64,000 nt of DNA from a virus. The first letter of the stretch is position 1; the number at the start of each line of letters is the position of its first letter. The stretch lies in the IMG/VR virus record IMGVR_UViG_3300036832_000330, positions 29,648 through 93,647 of that record; one strand, written 5' to 3'. This document shows, in pieces, positions 20,393-29,551 of the stretch. The notes below the pieces were generated by a model that saw only the letters and a program-made list of their open reading frames with translations, was not told the DNA's origin and ran no database searches. The position numbers and the translations under genes were made by a program.

Positions 20393-21978
20393 TGCCCCGT
20401 ACTTATGGCACCACCAACGTCATGCCCTACGCCTCTGCGCCGGCAGTGGGCGCGGTGGGCGACGAGTACTACAACACCACCAACAAGTTCCTGTACCTCT
20501 CGGACGGCACGGCCTGGAACGCCATTATGGGTGGGGGAGGAGGAGGTGGTGGCTCGCCGGCCTGGGTGGGCACCATCACCTCGCCGGTAGCGGGGACCAC
20601 CTACACCCTGACCCACAACCTCAACACCTCGACGCCCTTCGTGCAGCTATGGGATGCCGTCACGCTGGTGCAGGTCATCGGTCAGGTGGTGGCTGTCAAC
20701 GCCAATCAGGTACAGGTCACCTTCTCGGCCACCCCGGCCCACAACGTGACGGTGGTGGTAGGCGGCATCTCGGCGGTAGGCACGGCCACCTCCACTGGCC
20801 CCTGGACTGGGACCATCTCCACGCCCGCCGCCAATACCGCCTACACCCTGACCCACAGTCTGAATACCGCCACCCCCATCGTGCAGATGTACGACGCCGT
20901 GACCAGGGCACAGATCATGGGTCAGATCGTGGCGACCACCGTCAACTCCATCACGGTCACCTTCACCCAGGCCCCGCCCAACAACGTCACGGTGGTCATC
21001 AGCACGGGCGGCATAGCCGCCTCTGGTGTCGCGCCCTCTGGTCCCTGGACTTCCGCCATCGTCAGTCCCGCTGCCCTGACCACCTACACCCTGACCCACA
21101 GCCTGAATAGCTCTACACCTTTGGTGCAACTCTGGGATGCGGTCACCAAGCTCCAGGTGCAGGCCCAGGTGACGGCGCTCGACGCCAACCGCATAGCGGT
21201 CCTCTTCGCCACGGCCCCACCCAACAACGTCAACGTGGTGGTGAGCAGCGGAGGTGGCACGCCCGGACCCACGGCTGCCAATGTCTATTACCTGACCTAC
21301 TACCAGACCATCCCGGCAGTGCAGGCCGGCTCGCCCTACACCCTGAACCACAGGCTCAACAGCACCCAGATCATCGTGCAGCTATGGGACGCGACCACCC
21401 TCCAGTTGGTGCAGGCCCAGGTTCAGATCATCGACGCCAATAACATCCGCATCAGCGTGGCTCAGTCCATGCCCAACGCCGTGAACGCGGTGGTGATGAT
21501 CGGTCCTAGCACTCCTGCGGCGGTCAACCCTGGCGACATGGCGAGCAAATCCTACGTTGATACCGCAGGGTCCACCCGCTATGCCTTCAGGGGTGTGCGG
21601 ACTGCTGCGCTTAACTCATCTGGCACAGCAGCCACTTCACAGATCGTGGTGTTCGATCAGGCACCTGTCAATCAGGGCAACTGTTACAACACTACTACCG
21701 GTCTGTATACCTGCCCGGTTGCTGGTGTGTACATGGTTCACGGCGGGTTAGGGTGGAACCTGAGTGCGTCGGGCCAGGGTTTTACACAAATATTTAAAAA
21801 CGGTGCCGAAGTGCGACGTGTAGGTATTACCAGCTCTGGATATGCCGAGACTAGTGTTACATACATCGATCTGTGCGTGGCAGGGGACACATTCCAACTG
21901 AATAATCAGAGTTCGTTGACTACCCAAGGTATTCGGCTCGGCACTGAAACCTACTTCAATGCTGTATTCATGGGATAG
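20392..21978 (+). CDS. tail fibre with four THxLN..VQLWDA repeats and a C-terminal C1q-like domain
   Basis: Four ~75-aa repeats; AF..R..IVVFDQ..NQGNCYNTTTGLYTCPVAGVY C1q signature. Confidence 0.8.
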   Translation: MPRTYGTTNVMPYASAPAVGAVGDEYYNTTNKFLYLSDGTAWNAIMGGGGGGGGSPAWVGTITSPVAGTTYTLTHNLNTSTPFVQLWDAVTLVQVIGQVVAVNANQVQVTFSATPAHNVTVVVGGISAVGTATSTGPWTGTISTPAANTAYTLTHSLNTATPIVQMYDAVTRAQIMGQIVATTVNSITVTFTQAPPNNVTVVISTGGIAASGVAPSGPWTSAIVSPAALTTYTLTHSLNSSTPLVQLWDAVTKLQVQAQVTALDANRIAVLFATAPPNNVNVVVSSGGGTPGPTAANVYYLTYYQTIPAVQAGSPYTLNHRLNSTQIIVQLWDATTLQLVQAQVQIIDANNIRISVAQSMPNAVNAVVMIGPSTPAAVNPGDMASKSYVDTAGSTRYAFRGVRTAALNSSGTAATSQIVVFDQAPVNQGNCYNTTTGLYTCPVAGVYMVHGGLGWNLSASGQGFTQIFKNGAEVRRVGITSSGYAETSVTYIDLCVAGDTFQLNNQSSLTTQGIRLGTETYFNAVFMG

Positions 21979-21987
21979 GACGGGCTG

Positions 21988-22545
21988 ATGACACTCCTCA
22001 ACTACACCTACCCGATCCCTCTCCCGGCCCCGGTTACGTCGGGGTCAGGTATCCAGAGCTATACCGATCCGATGGGTGACGTATGGGTAGCTGCCAATGG
22101 GGTGAACTCGGGCAACTGGAAGCGGGCCAGAGATGCGTTGCATTGTGAGTATTATCGGGCGGCTGCCTGGACGACTCCAACTTCGTTGTCGGCGGTAGCT
22201 ATGGATCAGGTCATCGAGGATTTCTATGGCCTATACAATGCCAACACTGGTGTGTTCTCGGTTCCGGTCACAGGACTGTACCTGCTTAACTTTTCCGTAG
22301 CGGCGACGGCGACCGCGATCAACCAATGGCTGAACTGCGTTCTCGTTAACACTGGCGGTAGCATGGTAGCGCAGTTCCAGAACTACGCCGGTGCCGCCGC
22401 CAACTTTACCTCTGCCACCATTTACCAACGTGCCCTCGCTAACACGGAGACAATCACTACCAAGGTGAACGCTAGTGTTGGCATGACAGGGAGTATCGGT
22501 GTGAATGCGAGTCGATTTGGGGCCGTATACCTGGGGACAAGCTGA
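21988..22545 (+). CDS. C1q-like receptor-binding tip protein, paralog 1
   Basis: Conserved N-block PAPVTSG..TDP.GDVWVA.NG..W.RARD; YNANTGVFSVPVTGLY. Confidence 0.75.
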   Translation: MTLLNYTYPIPLPAPVTSGSGIQSYTDPMGDVWVAANGVNSGNWKRARDALHCEYYRAAAWTTPTSLSAVAMDQVIEDFYGLYNANTGVFSVPVTGLYLLNFSVAATATAINQWLNCVLVNTGGSMVAQFQNYAGAAANFTSATIYQRALANTETITTKVNASVGMTGSIGVNASRFGAVYLGTS

Positions 22546-23105
22546 TGAGCTTTCCTACCTACGCCGATCCCATCCCCACCCCGGCTCCCCTCACGTCGGG
22601 CACCACCACTCAGAGCTTCACTGACCCTCTGGGTGACGTGTGGGTAGCCAAGAACGGGGTCAGAGGTGGCAACTGGTACCGGGCCAGGGACGTGCTGCGT
22701 TGTCACTACAGTCGGGCCGCAGCCTTCAACTTCACCAACGCCAATGTTGTCCTCGCATATGACACGGTGAACACGGGTGGCGATTCATACGGCCTTATGG
22801 CGGGGGGTGCCTTCACGGCACCAGTAGCCGGTGTCTATATGTGGTTCCTTCAGGTTTGTGGCACGGCTACAGCCGCCGCTCAGTGGTTTCAGTTGACGGG
22901 TCTAAACAATGGGGCGTTTGGCTGGAGCCAAAACCGTGTCTATGCTGTGGGGGCGGGCAACGTCACCCTTTCAGTGACCGATTCACAGCCCCTGAACGCT
23001 ACTGACACCATACAGCCGCAGATCATCTGTTCAGCAGCTTCTCTGGCTGGTGTTGCCAACGGACTACTCACCTATGGATTCTTCAACTACATGGGGACGG
23101 GCTGA
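22545..23105 (+). CDS. C1q-like receptor-binding tip protein, paralog 2
   Basis: Same N-block; GAFTAPVAGVY; TGATG coupling. Confidence 0.75.
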   Translation: MSFPTYADPIPTPAPLTSGTTTQSFTDPLGDVWVAKNGVRGGNWYRARDVLRCHYSRAAAFNFTNANVVLAYDTVNTGGDSYGLMAGGAFTAPVAGVYMWFLQVCGTATAAAQWFQLTGLNNGAFGWSQNRVYAVGAGNVTLSVTDSQPLNATDTIQPQIICSAASLAGVANGLLTYGFFNYMGTG

Positions 23106-23692
23106 TGAGCTTTATCGAAGTACCTAGCTACGCGCCCATGATCAACCTGCCACCTCCGGTCACGTCAGGCAGTGGGCTTCAGACCTTCACTGATGTGCTG
23201 GGTGACCTGTGGGTGGCGCAGAATGGCACGGCAGGGGGAGCCTGGAAGCGAGCCAGGGACGTGTTGCATGCTCGGGTCTACCGCAATGCCGCTTTCAACT
23301 GCAACAGCGGCACCTTGACCCTGGTGCCGATGGACGGGGTGTATCGGGACGCCTGGGGGATGAGTGATGGCAGCGGGATCGCTTTCCTCGTCACCGGAGC
23401 GTTCGCCGTCACCATGCAACTTGGCTTCGTGGCGACGGTAGCGGCACAGTGGATGATGACCCGTGCCTATGTTGGGCCGGTTGGGTCAGAACTACTCCTC
23501 GGAGCGGCACAGAACGCTTCGGCCATCGCATCCGGCACTTGGTCGGCCAGTGTGACGTTCAACCATGTGGTTACGAACGCCGCTTCTCATGTGCTGACCC
23601 AAGTGACCGCCAGCGGGACCATGGCGTTATCGGTGGCTGCCGGAAGCCCGACTTGGTGCTGGCTGTCAGTGAGCTATCTAGGGACGGGCTGA
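23105..23692 (+). CDS. C1q-like receptor-binding tip protein, paralog 3
   Basis: Same N-block; ends SYLGTG. Confidence 0.72.
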   Translation: MSFIEVPSYAPMINLPPPVTSGSGLQTFTDVLGDLWVAQNGTAGGAWKRARDVLHARVYRNAAFNCNSGTLTLVPMDGVYRDAWGMSDGSGIAFLVTGAFAVTMQLGFVATVAAQWMMTRAYVGPVGSELLLGAAQNASAIASGTWSASVTFNHVVTNAASHVLTQVTASGTMALSVAAGSPTWCWLSVSYLGTG

Positions 23693-24258
23693 TGTCAACT
23701 ACTGAGTTTGCTGCTTACGTTCCGCTCATTCCGCTGCCTGCCCCGGTCACCTCGGGCAGCGCCATCCAGGTCTACACCGACCCCTATGGCGATGTGTGGG
23801 TGGCGAAGAACGGTGTGGACAGTGGCAACTGGCATCGAGCCAGGGATGTGCTGTACTGCCGGATTACCCGAACCGCTGCCTACACCCTCCCGGCTAGCCC
23901 CAACGGGGTGGCAATGCCGTGGGACGGAGCAGTAGCGGGCCAAGACAAATATGGCATGTACAATGGCACCGGCATCACGGTCCCTATTGGCGGGATTTGG
24001 ATGTTTGGGGCGGTTATTGAGCTAAACAATACGGCAGTGAATCAAGTCCTTGGTTACTATGTGGGGGCGAGTCGATCATCTACCAACCAGATGCCTGGCA
24101 CTGGCTTCCCGCTGCGTGTAGCTCACACCACCACACAGATTACGGCAGCCAATGCGGCTGTCAACGTCGTATTTGAGTACACGACAGCAAGCCTGGTGAT
24201 GACGGTTGGTACCGGGGATCGTTGCCACATGTGGGCGCAATACTTGGGGACGAGCTAA
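23692..24258 (+). CDS. C1q-like receptor-binding tip protein, paralog 4
   Basis: Same N-block; GITVPIGGIW; ends YLGTS; start at MSTTEF. Confidence 0.72.
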   Translation: MSTTEFAAYVPLIPLPAPVTSGSAIQVYTDPYGDVWVAKNGVDSGNWHRARDVLYCRITRTAAYTLPASPNGVAMPWDGAVAGQDKYGMYNGTGITVPIGGIWMFGAVIELNNTAVNQVLGYYVGASRSSTNQMPGTGFPLRVAHTTTQITAANAAVNVVFEYTTASLVMTVGTGDRCHMWAQYLGTS

Positions 24259-24270
24259 AAGGAGGAACAT

Positions 24271-24852
24271 GTGAGTTATCTGACCTACGCCCTGCTGACT
24301 GAGGACGTGAACTTCGGGAGGAGATCACGGGCCTGCATCAACTACACAGCCAACCTCAAGAACCAGGACAGTGATCCTGCCATAGCGGCACTGGCGAACG
24401 ACTTGCTGAAGCAGGAGCCGTTGCAGACTGTCGTCCTGCTGAACTCCATCTGTGCTGGCCCGAACTTCAGCGACATCGTGGACAACGGCGACGGCACCAT
24501 CGACTCGTCCAAGATCACTGACGAGGACATCACTTCCCACACCGACAATATGTTCTCTGAGGTGGCGAGGATCTTCTATCCGTACTCGGCAGACACTCCA
24601 CCTTCACAGCCGGTGATCAGCGGAGTGGATCCGACCAGCGGTAGCAAGGGCACCACCATCACTATCTCTGGGGTAGCACTGAGCGGGACCACGAATGTCG
24701 CCCTGAATGATCTTGACTGCACCAACCTCAACGTGGTCAGCGACACTGAGGTCACGGCAGACACGCCACTCGATACCGGCAAGGGTGTCTGGCCCCTCGT
24801 GGTGACGGTGGATGGCACCGACATCACCGGCCCAATCTTCCAGGTCACCTAG
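24271..24852 (+). CDS. IPT/TIG (Ig-like) domain protein
   Basis: PVISGVDPTSG..GTTITISG..L...VVSDTEVTA.TP; AAGGAGG RBS. Confidence 0.75.
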   Translation: MSYLTYALLTEDVNFGRRSRACINYTANLKNQDSDPAIAALANDLLKQEPLQTVVLLNSICAGPNFSDIVDNGDGTIDSSKITDEDITSHTDNMFSEVARIFYPYSADTPPSQPVISGVDPTSGSKGTTITISGVALSGTTNVALNDLDCTNLNVVSDTEVTADTPLDTGKGVWPLVVTVDGTDITGPIFQVT

Positions 24853-24862
24853 GATCTGACCA

Positions 24863-25204
24863 GTGATTGACGGCCCGCGCCCGGTGCGCCTTCAGAACTC
24901 TGGCGACATCTACCAGGAGCTTGGCCCCAACTATTCCTCCCAGGAGCTACTGGTCACCGCGGCCCTGCGGACGGCCATGATCCCCGGCCAGGAGATCGTG
25001 GCTGAGGTGCGGCCCCCCATCCCTACTCTGGGCGATCCCTTCCCGCCCCGGTACGGGTACGCCCCCTACCAGGATCGCCAGGCCACCATCCAGGAGGCCC
25101 TCGACGTGAACCGGAGCTACCCGAATCGTCGCTGGGATCTCTCGGGCGGGGTAGCCGGCTGGCAGGGCGCAGCGCGTAACGTAGGTGTGGAAGATGTCTG
25201 GTAG
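24863..25204 (+). CDS. hypothetical protein
   Basis: In operon; GC3-biased codons. Confidence 0.6.
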   Translation: MIDGPRPVRLQNSGDIYQELGPNYSSQELLVTAALRTAMIPGQEIVAEVRPPIPTLGDPFPPRYGYAPYQDRQATIQEALDVNRSYPNRRWDLSGGVAGWQGAARNVGVEDVW

Positions 25205-25212
25205 GAGGACAC

Positions 25213-25497
25213 ATGTCTGATCTGTTCGGAGGAGGTCGGGGAGCGCCCGAAGGGATCGGCCCCATCGAGGGCCTGGCACCCTCACCAGGAGCGGGACCGG
25301 GACGCATCCTGGGCCTGTCCCAGGCCCTCAAGCTCGGTGGTGACCTGGGTGGCCCCCTGGCTCAGCACTTCATCAATCGGGCCAAGGCCCGAAAGGACTT
25401 CAACGACGCCCCGGCGGATGATCCTCTTGGCGCAGACGATGGCAACTTGATCAAGACTGCTGGCGCTGGACCCATTGATCCAGCGGTGGTCCCCTAG
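25213..25497 (+). CDS. hypothetical protein
   Basis: AGGAGG RBS. Confidence 0.65.
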   Translation: MSDLFGGGRGAPEGIGPIEGLAPSPGAGPGRILGLSQALKLGGDLGGPLAQHFINRAKARKDFNDAPADDPLGADDGNLIKTAGAGPIDPAVVP

Positions 25498-25505
25498 GAG
25501 GACGC

Positions 25506-25748
25506 ATGGCTGAGAACAGAGACCGCAGCATGAATGCCGAACTCATAGACGGCATGGTCGATGGCACCTACAAGCGTGTCATCCGCGACCGCTCCAACTA
25601 CCCGGACCCTGACCGCCGGCTCCAGCGAGCCGACAGGCTGGCCCTCAACCATGGCACCAACGGCTTCGGTGTGGCTGAGGCCCCGGAGAAGCGCACGCCC
25701 GATGGCCGCTTCTCCCATGGCGTGGGCTTCATTCCCCCTGTCACCTGA
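25506..25748 (+). CDS. hypothetical protein
   Basis: AGGAGG RBS. Confidence 0.65.
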   Translation: MAENRDRSMNAELIDGMVDGTYKRVIRDRSNYPDPDRRLQRADRLALNHGTNGFGVAEAPEKRTPDGRFSHGVGFIPPVT

Positions 25749-26266
25749 TGCCACGTCTGTTGGTCTGCCGGGAGTGCAAGACCATCGAGGAACTCCCGCT
25801 CTACAACGGCTCGCCCAAGCTTGAGGCCCAGGATCCCCTCCTGGACAACCTCGTGCGCCGGCACGTCCAGGCCCATGACACCAAGGACGACACCGCTGCC
25901 CTCCTGGTGGCGTCGGAGGAGGCGTGCAACTGCGTCAAGTGCAAGGGTCGCTACACCTTCTGGCAGGCCCACCGGGACGAGGTGTTGAAGGGCCTGGGCG
26001 AGCGGTGGACTGGCTTCCACCCGGAGTTCTACGCCACCAAGGACACCTACAAAGAAGATGCCATGCGGTGCTACAACATCCACCGCCGGCCCAAGGGCAC
26101 CGACTGCATCGACTACCGCGACGACGGGCGCAAGCTGACCGGGAAGAACTGGCCCAGGGATAAGGCCGTCTACCTCTGTGACTTCTGCCCGGTGGAGACC
26201 CAGGTGACCACGGCCATCCGCCATGCCGCCGGCATGTACAAGAGAGCGCCAGGCGAAGTTGACTGA
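25748..26266 (+). CDS. Cys-rich putative zinc-binding protein
   Basis: CREC, CNCVKC, YLCDFCP; TGATG coupling. Confidence 0.7.
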   Translation: MPRLLVCRECKTIEELPLYNGSPKLEAQDPLLDNLVRRHVQAHDTKDDTAALLVASEEACNCVKCKGRYTFWQAHRDEVLKGLGERWTGFHPEFYATKDTYKEDAMRCYNIHRRPKGTDCIDYRDDGRKLTGKNWPRDKAVYLCDFCPVETQVTTAIRHAAGMYKRAPGEVD

Positions 26267-26519
26267 CCTCAACGGCTCGGAGCCGCCGCCCCAGCAGGTA
26301 CTCACCCTGTTCCTGGTGGTGGTCGACCTGGATGGCTCCTCCAGGGCGGTCCTGGACACTGAAGAGCGGTTCATGGCCCAGCGCATCGCTGGCCCCAAGG
26401 ATGTCTACCCGGCCCTGGCGAACGTCCTGGCTGACTTCGCCGGCCTCAAGGCAGCGGAGGCCATGGTCTCCTTCCAGATGCAGATGGCGCGACAGGCTGC
26501 TGCTCACCAGGAAGGCTGA
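26259..26519 (+). CDS. hypothetical protein
   Basis: TTG start overlapping the previous stop; good codon bias. Confidence 0.6.
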   Translation: MTDLNGSEPPPQQVLTLFLVVVDLDGSSRAVLDTEERFMAQRIAGPKDVYPALANVLADFAGLKAAEAMVSFQMQMARQAAAHQEG

Positions 26520-26558
26520 GGACTGTCTACAGAGGCCCCTACACGTCGCTGTGACCGC

Positions 26559-26759
26559 CTACAGCCGACTCTGGGCAGTCCAGCCCTCCAGGTACTGGTA
26601 GGCGTCCTCCAGGGGCACTGAGGCATCGTGGGGGTGCCCACAGATCCACTCCCCCCAGCGGTCCCGGAAGCAAGGAGGACCGCTGGCGTCTTCCACCAGG
26701 AAGCTACGCCCAGAGGGACGTAGCTCCTGGGGAGTGCGGACGCCGCGCTGGACTGCCAC
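26559..26759 (-). CDS. hypothetical protein
   Basis: GTG coupled to the stop of the IPT gene. Confidence 0.45.
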   Translation of the reverse strand: MAVQRGVRTPQELRPSGRSFLVEDASGPPCFRDRWGEWICGHPHDASVPLEDAYQYLEGWTAQSRL

Positions 26760-27391
26760 TAGGTGAAGGTCATACCGCCGGCCAGGGTGGCAGAGCCGCC
26801 CGTGGTGGTCACCTTCACGTCGACTGCCGGCGGGCCTGCCACGTTGGTGGTGCCAGTGGTGCAGGTCAGTTCGCCGTCGTTGACTACGACCACTGACGTG
26901 CAAGCCACGCCACCGATGGTCACGCTCGGAGCCGACACGCTGAAGCCGCCACCCATGATGGTGACTGGGGTGGCTGCGCCGTGGACTGCCGTGGTGGGGC
27001 TGATGGTGCCCACGCTCGGTGCCCCGCCCGTGATGCCGTTGATGGCATTGATGGCGTTGGTGTTGCCGGTGCTGGAGTTGGTCAGCCGGGTCTTCTCGGC
27101 GTTCAGGGCGGTGTTGGCAGCCAGGTCACGCTCCATGATCTGGGCATCCGGCCAGGTGACAGAGGCCGTCGCCACCGGGCTGATGGCCTGGCCTGGAGAG
27201 GTGGTGGGCGCGCCCGGTCCCGGCTGGTTGGGGGCCACGTTCATCTGCCCCCAGTTGGGGGTGTAGTACGGCGACATGCACCATTGGCTGGCGCTGACGA
27301 TCTTGGGCTGCACCAGGGCAGCGGCAGCCTGGTTGGCCGGCAGTTCCTTGACGTTGATGATGTAGGGGAGGGTGGCGGGATCGTAGGGCAT
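26759..27391 (-). CDS. IPT/TIG domain protein
   Basis: PSVGTISPT..VTIMGGGF..VTIGGVACTSVVVV..LTCTT..VDVKVTT.GG. Confidence 0.8.
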   Translation of the reverse strand: MPYDPATLPYIINVKELPANQAAAALVQPKIVSASQWCMSPYYTPNWGQMNVAPNQPGPGAPTTSPGQAISPVATASVTWPDAQIMERDLAANTALNAEKTRLTNSSTGNTNAINAINGITGGAPSVGTISPTTAVHGAATPVTIMGGGFSVSAPSVTIGGVACTSVVVVNDGELTCTTGTTNVAGPPAVDVKVTTTGGSATLAGGMTFT

Positions 27392-28167
27392 TACACATTC
27401 TCCTCTGTGACTTGTCCTGCTTCGGGATCAGAATGCGTGTGCGCGGGCACGTCCTCAGCTTGTTGCCCGTATCCAGCCTGTCGGTCCTGCTCTGTCTCTG
27501 GCTCTGGCTCTGACTCTGCCGCCACTTCCCGCTGCTGCTGCTCGGCCTCCGCTGCTGCCCCGGCTTCGGTCGGTCCCCTTCCTTCTCTCTCCTCGCCCTC
27601 TGCCACTTCCTCCTCTTCAGCTACGGGAGGCGTGTAGCCCTCCAGGCGGGGATCCTCCACGATGACGCCGCTGGCAGCCATGGTCTCGACGTGATCCGCG
27701 ATGTTGGCCTGGGCCATGGCGTGCTGCTCAGGAGGTAGCTGTAGACCCAGGTCTACGGACTCCGGGTTGCGCTCGATGAACTGCTGGGCGGCAGCGGTGT
27801 TGGCCGGCAGTTCGTCAGGGCTGTAGACCCGCTTGTAGGGGTCGACGGCCACCTCTACTGCCCCGGCCTCGACTTCACCCCTATCGACGGCCTCCTGCTC
27901 GGCCCTGGCCTGGGTGCCCTGGGGCGTGCCGGCAGCCTCCTGCTCAGCCTGAGCCTGGGTGCCCATCGGGGTGCCGGCAGCCTCCTGCTCGATCTCAGCC
28001 TGGGTGGGGCGACCGGCTTCTTGGCCTTCACTGGGCGCAGTGTCGGCGTCGTTCTGCTGAAGCCGGCTGATCAACTCGTCCTTGTTCCCTGAGGTGTGGA
28101 GGCTTCTGCTCCGAAGCTCGTCCCGTAGCTCTTCCACGGTCCTGTTCTGGTACTGGTCATCAGCCAT
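27391..28167 (-). CDS. SAP/HeH-domain acidic protein
   Basis: TVEELRDELRSRSLHTSGNKDELISRL; 15-aa AEQEAAGTP repeats; Glu-rich tail. Confidence 0.75.
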   Translation of the reverse strand: MADDQYQNRTVEELRDELRSRSLHTSGNKDELISRLQQNDADTAPSEGQEAGRPTQAEIEQEAAGTPMGTQAQAEQEAAGTPQGTQARAEQEAVDRGEVEAGAVEVAVDPYKRVYSPDELPANTAAAQQFIERNPESVDLGLQLPPEQHAMAQANIADHVETMAASGVIVEDPRLEGYTPPVAEEEEVAEGEEREGRGPTEAGAAAEAEQQQREVAAESEPEPETEQDRQAGYGQQAEDVPAHTHSDPEAGQVTEENV

Positions 28168-28232
28168 GCCCAAGTTTTACCCATGGCCTGGTCACCCCCT
28201 GTGTCACCCGACATGGGCACTAGGCTCAAGCC

Positions 28233-28454
28233 ATGGCGTTTCTTGAAGCAGCAGCACCTCTACTGGAGGGTGGCGCAGAGGCTGGTGGCGCTGGTGAGGG
28301 TCTGGGTGGCCTGAGCAAGATGCTTCCAGGCATGACACATGATTTCAACGACAATCCTGTCTCCAAGATCACCCATGCCTTCATGGGGAACATCGGTACC
28401 CACGGCGGTGACCAGGAGAAAGCCAACATCGGAACCCTCGGGTCTCTCGCCTGA
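28233..28454 (+). CDS. small Gly/Ala-rich hypothetical protein
   Basis: TAGGCT-N6-ATG leaderless start; followed by a hairpin. Confidence 0.6.
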   Translation: MAFLEAAAPLLEGGAEAGGAGEGLGGLSKMLPGMTHDFNDNPVSKITHAFMGNIGTHGGDQEKANIGTLGSLA

Positions 28455-28473
28455 TTTTTCCAGGCTGGACGCG

Positions 28474-28500
28474 AAGAGGCCCCCCTGGAGGGGGCCTCTT
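28474..28500. terminator. GC-rich hairpin between convergent genes
   Basis: AAGAGGCCCCC-ctgga-GGGGGCCTCTT. Confidence 0.6.
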
Positions 28501-28595
28501 GCATGGCTAACCATGGCTACCACACCATGACCGCAACACCGTCCCCGGAGACCGACAAGCGACCGGAAAGGTACCGCTTTTTGCAGTGTAGCGGA

Positions 28596-28961
28596 TCAGG
28601 ACGCCTGACGCACCAGCACCCGGCGAGGTGGTGCCGGCTCCTCCTCCTCCTCCTCCACCTGGGGTCGGATGCGCTCGTTGGTGTCCCACTCCTGGAGGCC
28701 CCGGCGAGCCAGAGTCTGCTGTACGTACTGGTACGGCCAGTTGTTCAGGTTGCGGGAGATCTCCATGATGCCCTGGCCGTCGAGGAACATGGCGACGATG
28801 GTCTCGTCCCGGATCTGGGACTCGTCCCACTTGGACATGGGGGTCTCGGAGCAGTCCTCGCAGCACCAGAACACGAACCGTCCTATGCGGCGTCGGTAGC
28901 CCATGAACACCCCGCAGGCGCGGCAGCGCATCTCCTGGAGTTCATCATCCTGGTCAGCCAT
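28596..28961 (-). CDS. Zn-finger/HTH-like protein
   Basis: CRAC..WCCEDC, then IVAMFLDGQGIMEISRNLNNW HTH-like segment. Confidence 0.6.
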   Translation of the reverse strand: MADQDDELQEMRCRACGVFMGYRRRIGRFVFWCCEDCSETPMSKWDESQIRDETIVAMFLDGQGIMEISRNLNNWPYQYVQQTLARRGLQEWDTNERIRPQVEEEEEEPAPPRRVLVRQAS

Positions 28962-29082
28962 CAGTTCGGCCTCCCTCCAGAACGGCTGCATCTCTTCTTC
29001 GTGGCTGGGTCATTGTGGGTGTACAGCTTGCCCAGTTTGGTCAGAGTCACCTTCTTGGCGCAGTAAGGACAGCGGGTCTTCA

Positions 29083-29325
29083 TCAGCCCGCCTTTCTGAG
29101 AGCGGCGATGACATCGTCCAGGTAGCTGGCCGGGAAGACCGCGCCGCTCATGTTCTGGCCGTTGGGGAGCAGGTTGATGCCGACTCTGATGTAGTCGTCG
29201 TTCCCCCCGGTGGTGATCCTGGTGACCCGAACCTCTCGACTGTCGCCTAGTTTGACTCGGCTCATGACCTTGGGGGGGCGGATGGTCCTGGTGGGGTTGG
29301 GCTTGGTGCTGTTCTTTTCAGGCAT
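29083..29325 (-). CDS. PC4-like ssDNA-binding protein (tentative)
   Basis: REVRVTRI..YIRVG..GAVFP..LDDVIAAL pattern. Confidence 0.5.
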   Translation of the reverse strand: MPEKNSTKPNPTRTIRPPKVMSRVKLGDSREVRVTRITTGGNDDYIRVGINLLPNGQNMSGAVFPASYLDDVIAALRKAG

Positions 29326-29551
29326 GGTTGTCTTTCATGTTAGTGGTTTTTTGAAGTCTTTCCTGCTCGTGCTTGAGGAACGTAAGGGTGTCCAGCCAGC
29401 CGGTGGTGTAGACCTTGCCGCCACCCACCACATAGATGGTGGCTCGACCACCCTTACGGACAACCCAGTCCCTGATGGTGCCTGCCTCCTTGGCGGCGCG
29501 TAGCTCGGAGCGCAGGATCGTCATGAGGTTGGGGGACAGCGGCTCGCTCAC
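29318..29551 (-). CDS. hypothetical protein
   Basis: GTGA overlap with the upstream gene. Confidence 0.55.
   Translation of the reverse strand: MSEPLSPNLMTILRSELRAAKEAGTIRDWVVRKGGRATIYVVGGGKVYTTGWLDTLTFLKHEQERLQKTTNMKDNHA

Noticed and set aside
21540-24258. Diversity-generating retroelement or shufflon acting on the C1q heads
   Set aside because: No reverse transcriptase or invertase in the window, no template/variable repeat pair differing only at adenines seen, and all cassettes are co-oriented with their own starts.
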